Source: a virus. Taken from it: a DNA stretch of 64,000 nt. Location: IMG/VR virus record IMGVR_UViG_3300045012_000066, positions 58,464-122,463 of that record; one strand, given 5' to 3'. A model generated the notes under the pieces. That model had not been told where the DNA came from, made no database searches, and saw only the letters and a list, made by a program, of their open reading frames with translations. Position numbers and translations under genes: made by a program. Each line of letters begins with the position of its first letter. The stretch's first letter is position 1. Shown here one piece after another: positions 34,491-43,775 of the stretch.

Positions 34491-36875
34491 ATGAGCGGCG
34501 GCTACGGCGGCACCGGACAGGCAGCACTTCTGCGCCAGAATCAGCAGGTAGCTCTGTTTCAGCAAGCGACAAACATTGTCGGCAGGGCGAGCATTGCCAT
34601 CCAACCGGAGCGCCTTTCGTTTCCGACCTCGTTATCCGTCCAAATTTATTTCACTGACGTAAACGGTAATCCGTCCAGCCCCGGCGCGTTCGAGGTGGAT
34701 GTCCAAGCATCGGACCTCGATCAGGATTCGCAGTATTACACCGCCAGCACATGGACCGGCCCTCTGAACGCAGGAGATGTGGGCCGAATTGAACTAGGCT
34801 CGATCCTCGCCAGATATGTCCGCATCGTAGTGAAGTCGCTGACCAATGCTGTCTACACGACCGCATACCTCACCAGCTTCGCTGGCGGAGGCGGTGGCGG
34901 CAGCAATGGCGGAGGTGGTGGCAGTGGCCCCGCATTGCAGGTCAACGGGACACCGACTGCGGATCAGGCACTTTTAAATCTGGTGGCCGGTCCCAATGTG
35001 ACCATCGCCGACAATGGCGGTGGTGCTGTTCAGATTTCTGCTGCCGGTGGCGGAGCACCCTCCGGCCCTGCTGGCGGCGACCTGACGGGCACGTACCCCA
35101 ACCCAACTGTGAATGGGATTGCTGGCGCTGCCTTACCAGCCAACTTCTTAGCTAGTGGCGCAGCCAGTCTACCCGCTGTCACAATGACGGGCGCACCGTT
35201 CGTAGGGACCGCCATCACCGCGACGCCGCTCCTTCTTCTTAGCCCGAGCGGCACACCTGCTGTTTCGACGTGGATTGCAGCCGGAACTTTCCTTGGCATC
35301 AACTCACCGACTGGCTTCTCAGGAAATTTAATCGACACCAAGCTCAACGGTGTTACCGTCTTCAGCGTAGGACAGGCGGGCGGGGGAAATGTCCAACTCA
35401 GCACATCGTTTCAGGTCATTCCAAATCTCTTCACAGCGACTTCAAACTCGCTTCTCGCGTGGTTTAGTGCCACGACGATAACAGGCGCTCGCGACACGAC
35501 CCTTGGTCGCGCAGCGGCAGGCATATTGCAACTGAACTCCGGATCGACGGCAGGGAATACAGGCCAGCTTAACCTTGGTGCAATTCAGTTGATCGGTGGC
35601 ACGGCTGCTGCATCGGTATCGCAGTTGCTCTGCACCACTCCGCCGTTTACGGCAGGCACGGCCACGACTAACTTGCCGGTTCTCTATCTCAATAGCAGTG
35701 CGATCTTGCCGACGTGGAGCACTCTTGGCACCATACTCGGCATCAATGCTCCAGCCGGGTTTGCCGGGAACTTTATCGACCTCCGTCTCAATGGAGGTGC
35801 CTCTGGTTTCGCTGTCGCTAACAACGGAACGACAAGCGTCGCGAATTTAAATATCGGCACATTTTTCACCGGGCTGGCTTCTCTCTCAAGAATGGGGATG
35901 AACAACGCGACGTATCTGGCGTGGTCGTCCACCACCGGTACGTCGGCAGGGATGGATACCACCCTGTCCCGCGCCAATCCCGGCGTACTGCAACTCGCCA
36001 GCAGCGCGACACAAGGGAATAACGGCGAACTTGATCTCGGCTCCCTTCAGGTGATTGGGGGCACCGCTGCGGCGTCCGTGTCACAGATGTATTGCACCAC
36101 GCCACCGTTTACAGGTGGCACCGGCACGACAAATTTCCCAGTGTTGTACCTGAATAGCGGTACGACACAGCCGACAACCTTCAGCGTGAGCGGCACAGTC
36201 CTTGGGATCAACGCTCCCGCTGGATTTACCGGGAACCTCGCGGATTTCCGCGTCAACGGAGGAGCAGCAGTACTTAGCGTGAACGCAGCCGGAGGCGTCA
36301 CAACCCCTAGCTCTGTCTCGGCTACTGGCGGCTTCGGTGTTACTTCTACCGTAACGATAAATTCCACACTTACCCGATTCCAAAATGCTTACGTTTTGGG
36401 ATGGTCGTCCACCACTTCCATCGTATCGGCATCGGACATAACTCTCTCCCGTGTTGCTGCTGGCATCCTTGGCGTAGGTGCGGTAAATGGAGCCGGAGTC
36501 CAAGGCACGATTCAGTTGGGCCAGATCATGGGCGGCGGCGGTACGCCCAGTATTGCGGCAGGTGCAGCCGCTGGGACAGCCCCAACGGTCACCATCGTCT
36601 CCAATAGCTCCAATCTGGCGGGCAGTGTCAGCGTCACGATTGGCACGGCACCCGTTGGTGGTGCGCCGATCCTGACCATCACCTTCGCAAACGCCTTCAC
36701 CTTCGCCAACGCTCCTTTTAGCATGCTCACACCCGGCAACGCCAATAGCGCCGCACTGACCGGCCCGACACAGGTCTACACAACAGAGACTACGACCACG
36801 ATTGTCATCAACGCTGGAGCAACCGCGCTGACAGCGGGCACGCAATACGTCTGGAAGTATCACGTAGTCGGGTAG
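34491..36875 (+). CDS. Tail fibre-like protein with internal repeats
   Basis: G/T/A/S-rich; about three degenerate repeats (GINAPAGFxGN..D.RLNG; DTTLSR...G.LQL); N-terminus shared with the next gene. Confidence 0.65.
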   Translation: MSGGYGGTGQAALLRQNQQVALFQQATNIVGRASIAIQPERLSFPTSLSVQIYFTDVNGNPSSPGAFEVDVQASDLDQDSQYYTASTWTGPLNAGDVGRIELGSILARYVRIVVKSLTNAVYTTAYLTSFAGGGGGGSNGGGGGSGPALQVNGTPTADQALLNLVAGPNVTIADNGGGAVQISAAGGGAPSGPAGGDLTGTYPNPTVNGIAGAALPANFLASGAASLPAVTMTGAPFVGTAITATPLLLLSPSGTPAVSTWIAAGTFLGINSPTGFSGNLIDTKLNGVTVFSVGQAGGGNVQLSTSFQVIPNLFTATSNSLLAWFSATTITGARDTTLGRAAAGILQLNSGSTAGNTGQLNLGAIQLIGGTAAASVSQLLCTTPPFTAGTATTNLPVLYLNSSAILPTWSTLGTILGINAPAGFAGNFIDLRLNGGASGFAVANNGTTSVANLNIGTFFTGLASLSRMGMNNATYLAWSSTTGTSAGMDTTLSRANPGVLQLASSATQGNNGELDLGSLQVIGGTAAASVSQMYCTTPPFTGGTGTTNFPVLYLNSGTTQPTTFSVSGTVLGINAPAGFTGNLADFRVNGGAAVLSVNAAGGVTTPSSVSATGGFGVTSTVTINSTLTRFQNAYVLGWSSTTSIVSASDITLSRVAAGILGVGAVNGAGVQGTIQLGQIMGGGGTPSIAAGAAAGTAPTVTIVSNSSNLAGSVSVTIGTAPVGGAPILTITFANAFTFANAPFSMLTPGNANSAALTGPTQVYTTETTTTIVINAGATALTAGTQYVWKYHVVG

Positions 36876-36889
36876 GTAAGGGAGGACTT

Positions 36890-38266
36890 ATGAGTGGTGG
36901 CTATGCCGGAACAGGACAATCGACGCTTTTGCGCCAGAACCATCAAATAGCCCTGTTCCAGCAAATGACGGGCATTGTTGGCGCGGCGAGTATTGCTGTG
37001 CAACTGGAGCGCGTTCGCCTTGCAGCCCCCACTTCAGTCGCTGTCCAAATTTATTTCACCGACGCGCAGGGAAATTCATCCAGCCCCGGTGCCTTTGAAG
37101 TCGATATTCAAACTTCAGACATCGATCAGGACTTGCAATACTGCACCGCTGAGACATGGACTGGCCCTCTGAACGGTGGCAACGCGGGCCGGGTTGTGCT
37201 GGGGCCGGTCTTTGCCAAATACGTTCGGATATTTGTGAAATCGCTGGCCAATGCAGCCGTTTATACAACTGCCTATCTCACCAGCTTTGCAGGCGCAGGG
37301 AGCGGCAGTAGTAATGGTGGCGGCGGAGGTGGAGGAGGTGGTCCTGTGTTACAAGTCAATGGCACGCCGACCGCAGATCAGGCGCTACTCAATCTGGTGA
37401 ATGGTCCCAACATAACCATCACCGATGAAGGGGCAGGAGCCGTTCAGATATCGGGTACGGGAAGTCTCAGCGGAAATGCTCCTCCGTTCTTCCGGTATTT
37501 TGGCGACGGCTCCGACGGCTCGTGGACTGACCTTGTTCCCGCTATCGGCCTCTTTGAAAACTGGTATACGACCTTCACTCTCAATGCTGGAGTCACGCTC
37601 ACTGCCGGATCGGGTGGACAGTATCCGATGGTCATTCGTGCCACACAAAAAATTACCATCGCGGGGACCATTACGATGCCCGCATTACGGCCTTTCCCGA
37701 TGGGCTTGGGCGGAGGCACGGGCGGTGGTGGTGGTGGCGGCGCTGCGGCGGGTACGGCGGGCACATTCATGGGCTACGCGGGGTCAAATGCTGGCACAGG
37801 CGGAGGTGGGGGCGGCATCGGGCTTGTGGGTGCGGTCGGCAATACGATGCCTCCCAATACGTTGCGCTTTGTGCTCACGACGATGGGTTTCCCCGGTTCT
37901 CCGGCCAGCGTCCCGAATACGCAAATTGGCGCATACGGCGGAACCGGAGGAGGGCAGGGAGGTTCGAGCGGTGGGGCTGGCGGCGGTGGCGGGGGCGCGG
38001 TGTTCCTGATTGCCCCGATCATCGATTTTCAATCGACAGCCGTCATCAACGCTCCCGGCGCTGCTGGGACGGCAGCTTCCGGCGCTAGTATCGGCGGTGG
38101 CGGCGGAGGTGGCGGCGGACTTGTCGTTCTCGCGGCTGCGACCTTCCTGAATCAGGCGGGGACGATCAACCTCCAAGGCGGTGCTGGCGGAGCGAGCGGT
38201 GGCACCGGCTCCGGTGCTGGCGGTGCTGGCGGAGTTGGCAACTTTAGATTTATGACCATCAGTTGA
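36890..38266 (+). CDS. Tail fibre-like protein with glycine-rich C-terminal domain
   Basis: ~185-aa N-terminus paralogous to 34491; FGDGSDG then GGGGGG-rich domain. Confidence 0.65.
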   Translation: MSGGYAGTGQSTLLRQNHQIALFQQMTGIVGAASIAVQLERVRLAAPTSVAVQIYFTDAQGNSSSPGAFEVDIQTSDIDQDLQYCTAETWTGPLNGGNAGRVVLGPVFAKYVRIFVKSLANAAVYTTAYLTSFAGAGSGSSNGGGGGGGGGPVLQVNGTPTADQALLNLVNGPNITITDEGAGAVQISGTGSLSGNAPPFFRYFGDGSDGSWTDLVPAIGLFENWYTTFTLNAGVTLTAGSGGQYPMVIRATQKITIAGTITMPALRPFPMGLGGGTGGGGGGGAAAGTAGTFMGYAGSNAGTGGGGGGIGLVGAVGNTMPPNTLRFVLTTMGFPGSPASVPNTQIGAYGGTGGGQGGSSGGAGGGGGGAVFLIAPIIDFQSTAVINAPGAAGTAASGASIGGGGGGGGGLVVLAAATFLNQAGTINLQGGAGGASGGTGSGAGGAGGVGNFRFMTIS

Positions 38267-38278
38267 GTCGATGACTTT

Positions 38279-38761
38279 ATGGATAAAGAGCGGGCGCGAA
38301 AGCTGATCGAACAACACGAAGGGCGGCGGAACCGGGCCTACGCCGATACCAAGGGAATTATGACGATTGGCATCGGATTTAATTTAGAGCAACTGAGCGC
38401 CCGTGCCCGCATCGAAGCGCTCTTGGTGGATTACGACGCACTGTTCGACCGGCGCTGTGCGCTGACCGATCCGCAGATCGACCAACTGTTCGGCAGCGAT
38501 CTCGATACTGCTGTCACGGAAGCGGCGAAGCTGGTGCCGGATTTCTGGAATCATCCGGAAGATGTGCAACTCGCCGTCGTGGACATGATTTTTAATTTGG
38601 GCGGGCCACGCTTCTCTGGGTTTGTGAAGTTCATCGCGGCGCTGAAGGCGAAGGACTATCTGACGGCAGCGGCGGAGATGGCTGATTCCAAGTGGGCGCT
38701 GGTCGATGTTCCCAATCGTGCCGCCAACGACATTGCGCTGGTACGCGGGTGCGCAACGTGA
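38279..38761 (+). CDS. Endolysin, phage lysozyme (GH24, T4-like)
   Basis: HEGRRNRAYADTKGIMTIGIGFNL (E-x8-D-x5-T); MIFNLG; AAAEMADSKWA..VPNRA. Confidence 0.9.
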   Translation: MDKERARKLIEQHEGRRNRAYADTKGIMTIGIGFNLEQLSARARIEALLVDYDALFDRRCALTDPQIDQLFGSDLDTAVTEAAKLVPDFWNHPEDVQLAVVDMIFNLGGPRFSGFVKFIAALKAKDYLTAAAEMADSKWALVDVPNRAANDIALVRGCAT

Positions 38762-38771
38762 GGGAGAACTT

Positions 38772-39035
38772 ATGCAGCAACCGGACCCAATCGACAAGCT
38801 CAAGATGATTTACGGCCTTATTTTACTGGTGAGTCTCGTAGTCCTCGCTGGAACTTTTGGGTTCGGCAGGATAGAGGAGAAGACCAGTTACGGCCTGATG
38901 CCGATTATTACCACGCTGTCTACTTTGGCCGGTTTGTTCGGCGGCTGGGCCTTTCGCGAGAAGCGTCCCGATCTACCGCAACCGCCTCCCCCTCCGCCAG
39001 AGGAAGACCATGCAAAGGAGGAATCCCATCTATGA
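38772..39035 (+). CDS. Holin-like membrane protein
   Basis: Two hydrophobic segments; GGGAG SD; follows endolysin. Confidence 0.55.
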   Translation: MQQPDPIDKLKMIYGLILLVSLVVLAGTFGFGRIEEKTSYGLMPIITTLSTLAGLFGGWAFREKRPDLPQPPPPPPEEDHAKEESHL

Positions 39036-39370
39036 CTCCCGCAATGGAGAAGGCTAAGCACTGGATTGTGACCACCACCGTAGCCATGCTGGGCGGCGGC
39101 GCTGCGGCGGGATTTTCTGCCGCGATGGACCCGACAAAGTACCACTTCCCGCAGGACTTCGGCTCCGGCAAGCTGTGGAAATATGTCTTCATGGGCTGGG
39201 CGCTGACCTTCGGTGGCGTCCTCATTCACTCCCCGCTTGGCCAGAAGGTAATCGCCATTTCCAAGCAAAGCAAGGAACAACTGGATCAGACGCAAAAAGA
39301 CTTGGATCAGGCCAAGGCGGATTTAAAATCTGCCGCCGCTGCGAAGCCAGCGGACAGCACTAAATCTTGA
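39032..39370 (+). CDS. Lysis-cassette membrane protein (2 TM plus coiled coil)
   Basis: Two hydrophobic segments, QSKEQLDQTQKDLDQAKADL heptads. Confidence 0.5.
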   Translation: MTPAMEKAKHWIVTTTVAMLGGGAAAGFSAAMDPTKYHFPQDFGSGKLWKYVFMGWALTFGGVLIHSPLGQKVIAISKQSKEQLDQTQKDLDQAKADLKSAAAAKPADSTKS

Positions 39371-39493
39371 TGACACCGCAGTTGGAAGCGGTGTATAAAT
39401 GCCGGTAAGACACGCGCTCTGCGAGATATCGACGAGCAATAGGCGGCGGCTTCCCGGTGAAACATCAACCCGGAAGCCGCCGCTTTTCGTTTT
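39370..39493 (+). promoter_or_regulatory. Late leader module D
   Basis: ATGACA-18-TATAAA with GGAAGCGG in the spacer; GACACGCGC 39409; GCGGCGGCTTCC/GGAAGCCGCCGC 39443-39483 + TTTTCGTTTT. Confidence 0.6.
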
Positions 39494-39514
39494 GCGGCAA
39501 AGGAGAACTCACTC

Positions 39515-39739
39515 ATGAAGCGGAAAAGACATTCAACTGAAGGGTCAAAGGCGGGGCAGGCTGCTGATTTCGGAAATCTGCCCACTCACCCGAACGCGCC
39601 AGAGAAGGCGACCTCCAGAAGGGATGTGGCGAATTCCTTCGTGAGTGGAGGCGGCAGGGAAGGGCACGTCGGACACCGCAAGGGCATCGGCAAAGGCAAG
39701 GCCAGCCGTCGCAGGAAGGCCGTAATCGCGAAGAAGTAG
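39515..39739 (+). CDS. Small basic protein
   Basis: AAGGAG SD; K/R-rich 74 aa. Confidence 0.65.
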   Translation: MKRKRHSTEGSKAGQAADFGNLPTHPNAPEKATSRRDVANSFVSGGGREGHVGHRKGIGKGKASRRRKAVIAKK

Positions 39740-39904
39740 ATGCCTGTCGAGAGCTTCAGCAGTCCGGAAAAGTATCGGAAGTACCGGGCATTCGTGCATA
39801 TCCACGGCATACCCACGCACGCAAAGCGCGTGTGTATTCAGGGCAAGTGCCACACGGTGAAGCACTCGGCGAAACGCAAACATGGACGAAAGAGGCTGTC
39901 ATGA
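39740..39904 (+). CDS. Small basic His-rich protein (54 aa)
   Basis: Manual: MPVESFSSPEKYRKYRAFVHIHGIPTHAKRVCIQGKCHTVKHSAKRKHGRKRLS; abuts both neighbours. Confidence 0.55.
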   Translation: MPVESFSSPEKYRKYRAFVHIHGIPTHAKRVCIQGKCHTVKHSAKRKHGRKRLS

Positions 39905-42846
39905 GATGGCTGCTAGCAGCGCTTCTATCCCTGTTGTCGTTTCCTCTGGCATTGGCACAGACGCAGATCAACAACGTCCCGATCTTCGGTTATTGCGACA
40001 ACGGGGCAAAGCCAGCCATTACCAGCGGTCTACCCTCCAGCAACTTCAATCAGAATTTAATTCCGAAATGTACGGTGACGGTTGTTTTAACCGGGACCAC
40101 GTCTCTGGCCACCATCTACGCAGATGCAAACGGGACTCCACTCACAAACCCGTTTACCGCCAATCAAGATGCTTCGTGGAAGTTTTACGTAGGGTCAAGT
40201 GCTGCGGGTCAGGGCTACGACATTACACTTTCAGGTGGCATTCCGCCGAACACTTACAATCCACCACTCACGCTGGTGAACCGGTCCCCTTCGGGCAGTG
40301 GCGGGGGCGGGGGCGGCGGTGGTCCAACCAACCCCATGAACCTGATGGCATTCGGAGCGGTGCCTGATGAGCGCGATATCTATGATGCTACGGCTTCGGG
40401 AACTGCGCTTCTTTCGGCCACAGGCCACTTTACGCCCTTAGATAACAAGCGTATTTTCCTAGTCCCCGATGGAGCGCAGGGCGTGCTCTATGCGACCTAT
40501 GTATCTGGCGGAACGCCAACGGGAACCACCGGACAGACCTGTACAGTCACCGGCTTCAACGGCGGCGGCACGGGCGTATCGGGCGTGATCTATCTCAATG
40601 GCACAAACACCTTCGCTGCCAATGCCACCATCTACACCAGCCCAAGCTATGGAACCGGGTTTACCAGCGCACCCACTTCCGCCACGCTGGGCACAGGTGG
40701 TCCGAATCCCGCTGCGTCCTGTTCGGGCGCGATCACCATTACGTCAACGATGGCAACCTATCCCATGCTGACTACGGCAACCTATGTCAGCGCAACCCAG
40801 ATGAACTTGGCGACTCCGGCCATCACGAACGGCACAAGTTTGCACGTGAGCATCGGAACCGATAATGCGACGCCCATTCAGAATTGGATCAATGCCTGCC
40901 AAGCGGCTGCACAGTCCGTATCCTGCTATGTACCCGCTGGCCAGTATCTGACTACGCAGACAGCAGCGGTCACACAGCCGCTACGCTTTCAGGGTGACGG
41001 AGCGTATGCGCAATTTGGCTCTGGATCGACCTTTAGCCAGTTCTATCCGGTGACGGCTCCGTTTCTGACGGGTTCGGTTTTTGTGGAAGCGGGCATGGGC
41101 ATTGACGCCTTCGATATCAACACGCAGGCTGCTGCGGTGAACATCTTCGATATTGGTGTGCGCTTTGCCCCTGCCATTGCTTTCTGGGATACAGGGAACG
41201 GCTTTAACTCCGCGTCAACGGCGACCATCGGCGGCTTCCCGGCTTGGGGCGTGATGAGCTTCTCGTGGGAGCGCGATACGGTCTGGGGGCAGGATGGCAA
41301 TCACTATGCATGGATGATCACCAATTCTGAAGCCGGAAGGCTGATCGGCCTTAGCTCATGGGGCGGCGGTGGCTTGTTCTGGACTGCGAACACAAATCAA
41401 TGCTGTCCCGGCAATTCGACCGTCGATCAATTTGTCGCCGGAGTAGGTGTGGGTGGTGCGGCTGGCACGACTCCGACAGGCGGCGCTGGCGGTATCGTGC
41501 TCTATAACCAGCCAACCACGACTGCGAATAATAACCTGATGTGGATCATGCGCCCGAACATCGGCGTCTATCCTATTACCGGGTTTTCCCCCGCTGGGAA
41601 TATCGTTCTAAGTTTCAATCTGCCTCCAATATCGCCATCGCAGCCGCAATATTACCTTGACGACAATCAACGGAATATCTATATGGCTGCGACGGACTTT
41701 GAAGGCAGCGCTGGCGGCGGATCGCGCTTTCCTGTGCGGCCTTACGACTTCGCCATCTTTGGGGAAAGTACCGGCTTTAGTTTCATTCCGCTGCAATTCG
41801 CGATTGCTCCGAATTCTCTCAACGGGGCACCGTATGCCTACAATGCAAATCATCACAGCGCTGCGGTTCCAATTATGCAGGTCGGGGATACCGGCAGAGG
41901 GGTCGGCACCAACTTCGAACTCGGACTCCTGCAACCTTTAGCAGGCCCGACCAGCGTACAGGGGTTAGGGATAGGGCAGACTCTTGCGCGAGGAGACTCG
42001 CTTGCGCTGCTCTTCAATTACGAAGGCGACAACTCACCAAATAGCTGGATTCAGTTGGGCATCTATGACGATAGCCCTCTGCTCATTTCGCCTGCGGGAT
42101 GGCTGGGGATTATGACTGGCACTCCCTCAATTGCAGCGCTGCCGACTGCACCTCTTCAGGTGGGCACGAACGCAGGGAATCCGATCCCGGCGAATACAAC
42201 CGTTGCGCAATTCTATGCCAACGACTCGACGATCAGTACTCCGGTTATCGCGGTAGAGACGGATGCGGTGATCGGTGCTCCAGCGGTCTTAGAAACACAA
42301 CTGGCCCCGGATGCTTCACCCTCAGCGGGCGCATTTCCTTTTACCTGTACTGGCGTGGATATCACTACACCCGGTGACTGCCTGATCTTTGGCATGCACT
42401 ATGTTGGCCCCGGAGACCCCGGAAATTATGGCGATATCCACCTGTTTAACAGCCCCGGCGACATCGTCATCGATTCGGCTGGGCATGTTGGGATCAACAG
42501 TGGGAACACGCCGTTGAAATACACAATGAGCGTGAATGGTAGTCTCGAATTTGGCCAGCTTGTAAGCGGAGGACACCCAAATATCACGGGTTGCAACCTC
42601 AATAGTTCAGTCGGCAGTCAGATAGCAGGCACTTTCGCTTCCGGTACTGCCGGAACATGCACGGTCACGGTTACTCCGGGCCTCACAGCGCCCAACGGAT
42701 GGTCGTGCGGTAGGCCCAGCGACTTGACGACGCCAGCGAATACGTCAAGCTGGCAGCAGACAGCTACCACAACCACCACGGCAACACTGGCAGGAACCAC
42801 GGCTTTAGCAGACGGCATAATCTGGGGGCCGTGCGTGGCGTATTAA
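39901..42846 (+). CDS. Tailspike/depolymerase-like beta-helix protein with signal-peptide-like N-terminus
   Basis: GTDNATPIQNWINAC...CYVPAGQY (pectate-lyase-3-type start); ATG 39901 after GAGG gives MRWLLAALLSLLSFPLALA-QTQ. Confidence 0.65.
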   Translation: MRWLLAALLSLLSFPLALAQTQINNVPIFGYCDNGAKPAITSGLPSSNFNQNLIPKCTVTVVLTGTTSLATIYADANGTPLTNPFTANQDASWKFYVGSSAAGQGYDITLSGGIPPNTYNPPLTLVNRSPSGSGGGGGGGGPTNPMNLMAFGAVPDERDIYDATASGTALLSATGHFTPLDNKRIFLVPDGAQGVLYATYVSGGTPTGTTGQTCTVTGFNGGGTGVSGVIYLNGTNTFAANATIYTSPSYGTGFTSAPTSATLGTGGPNPAASCSGAITITSTMATYPMLTTATYVSATQMNLATPAITNGTSLHVSIGTDNATPIQNWINACQAAAQSVSCYVPAGQYLTTQTAAVTQPLRFQGDGAYAQFGSGSTFSQFYPVTAPFLTGSVFVEAGMGIDAFDINTQAAAVNIFDIGVRFAPAIAFWDTGNGFNSASTATIGGFPAWGVMSFSWERDTVWGQDGNHYAWMITNSEAGRLIGLSSWGGGGLFWTANTNQCCPGNSTVDQFVAGVGVGGAAGTTPTGGAGGIVLYNQPTTTANNNLMWIMRPNIGVYPITGFSPAGNIVLSFNLPPISPSQPQYYLDDNQRNIYMAATDFEGSAGGGSRFPVRPYDFAIFGESTGFSFIPLQFAIAPNSLNGAPYAYNANHHSAAVPIMQVGDTGRGVGTNFELGLLQPLAGPTSVQGLGIGQTLARGDSLALLFNYEGDNSPNSWIQLGIYDDSPLLISPAGWLGIMTGTPSIAALPTAPLQVGTNAGNPIPANTTVAQFYANDSTISTPVIAVETDAVIGAPAVLETQLAPDASPSAGAFPFTCTGVDITTPGDCLIFGMHYVGPGDPGNYGDIHLFNSPGDIVIDSAGHVGINSGNTPLKYTMSVNGSLEFGQLVSGGHPNITGCNLNSSVGSQIAGTFASGTAGTCTVTVTPGLTAPNGWSCGRPSDLTTPANTSSWQQTATTTTTATLAGTTALADGIIWGPCVAY

Positions 42847-42871
42847 CGGGATTTTGTGTGACAAAAGAAGC

Positions 42872-42977
42872 TAGAATGATTCGGTAATTTAAATTTTTTG
42901 GGACGCATGCCCCTCCGCAGGCGCGGGGATAAGCAATGGCTCATGACCAGCAATGGTCTTGGGCCATTTTTATTTTG
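42872..42977 (+). promoter_or_regulatory. Late leader module E
   Basis: TAGAAT 42872; GACGCATGC 42902; GGGGATAAGCAATGGCTC...GCAA loop...GGGCCATTTTTATTTTG. Confidence 0.6.
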
Positions 42978-42992
42978 GAACGGAGGTGAAGA

Positions 42993-43247
42993 ATGGCGGC
43001 ACTTACCACCAAGCAGCGTAACCGGCTTCCGAGCAAAGTCTTCGCTCTGCCGGGGCGGCGCTATCCGCTTGATACCGCCAATCGCGCCAGCAGTGCGTTG
43101 TCTCGTATTTCCGCACACGGTACGCCGCAGCAGAAAGCTATCGTGCGCAGGAAAGTGCATACGCGTTATCCGGGCATCGCGGTGAGCGGGCTACAGAAGG
43201 GCAACAGAAAACATGGGCAGCGCAAGCGCGTCAGCGCACGGAGGTGA
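42993..43247 (+). CDS. Small basic virion protein
   Basis: GGAGG SD; LTTKQRNRLPSKVFALPGRRYPL motif recalled from phage head-associated proteins. Confidence 0.7.
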   Translation: MAALTTKQRNRLPSKVFALPGRRYPLDTANRASSALSRISAHGTPQQKAIVRRKVHTRYPGIAVSGLQKGNRKHGQRKRVSARR

Positions 43248-43453
43248 GCGTGGCTAGCAACGAAGTGAATGTGAATAATCAGGAATCCGTGTCATGGGAC
43301 ACCGATCCCGAGAGACGGGGAGGAAGCCGCGATCCGCAGCATTCGCCTAGCCCCGGCACCAAGCGCCTCAGGATTGTGACCAGCGTCGATCCGACTATCG
43401 CGGCCAGACCGAAGCTGAAGCACACCAAGAAACCTCCTTACAAACGGGATTGA
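43244..43453 (+). CDS. Hypothetical protein
   Basis: GGAGG SD, GTG start, 69 aa. Confidence 0.5.
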   Translation: MSVASNEVNVNNQESVSWDTDPERRGGSRDPQHSPSPGTKRLRIVTSVDPTIAARPKLKHTKKPPYKRD

Positions 43454-43466
43454 AAGGCGGCAGACC

Positions 43467-43754
43467 ATGGCAAGGAAGAAGAAGGGCGCGATGCAGAGTC
43501 AGCCCGCCTCGATTGGTGGCGGCAGCGACCGGATGAGCACGGACATCTCCTCGGCGGAGAACGGATTCATCGTCAACGTTTCCGGCGAAACAGGTGGGAA
43601 GACTCCCAGCTACTTCAGTAAGCGATTTATCGCAACCAGCCGTCCGGCAGCGCTGCGGATCGCGAATCACCACATGGCCGGTGCCGGTTCCGCGAAGGGC
43701 AAAGGTGGAAGGAAGAAGAGCAGAGGCGGTCTGCTCAAAAAGAGTTCGGCCTAG
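43467..43754 (+). CDS. Small basic protein
   Basis: MARKKKG... ends KGKGGRKKSRGGLLKKSSA. Confidence 0.65.
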   Translation: MARKKKGAMQSQPASIGGGSDRMSTDISSAENGFIVNVSGETGGKTPSYFSKRFIATSRPAALRIANHHMAGAGSAKGKGGRKKSRGGLLKKSSA

Positions 43755-43775
43755 CCTTTCCGCTGGTGCGTAGCG

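Noticed and set aside
34491-38266. Diversity-generating retroelement acting on fibres
   Set aside because: No reverse transcriptase and no near-identical TR/VR pair differing only at adenines; similarity is ordinary paralogy
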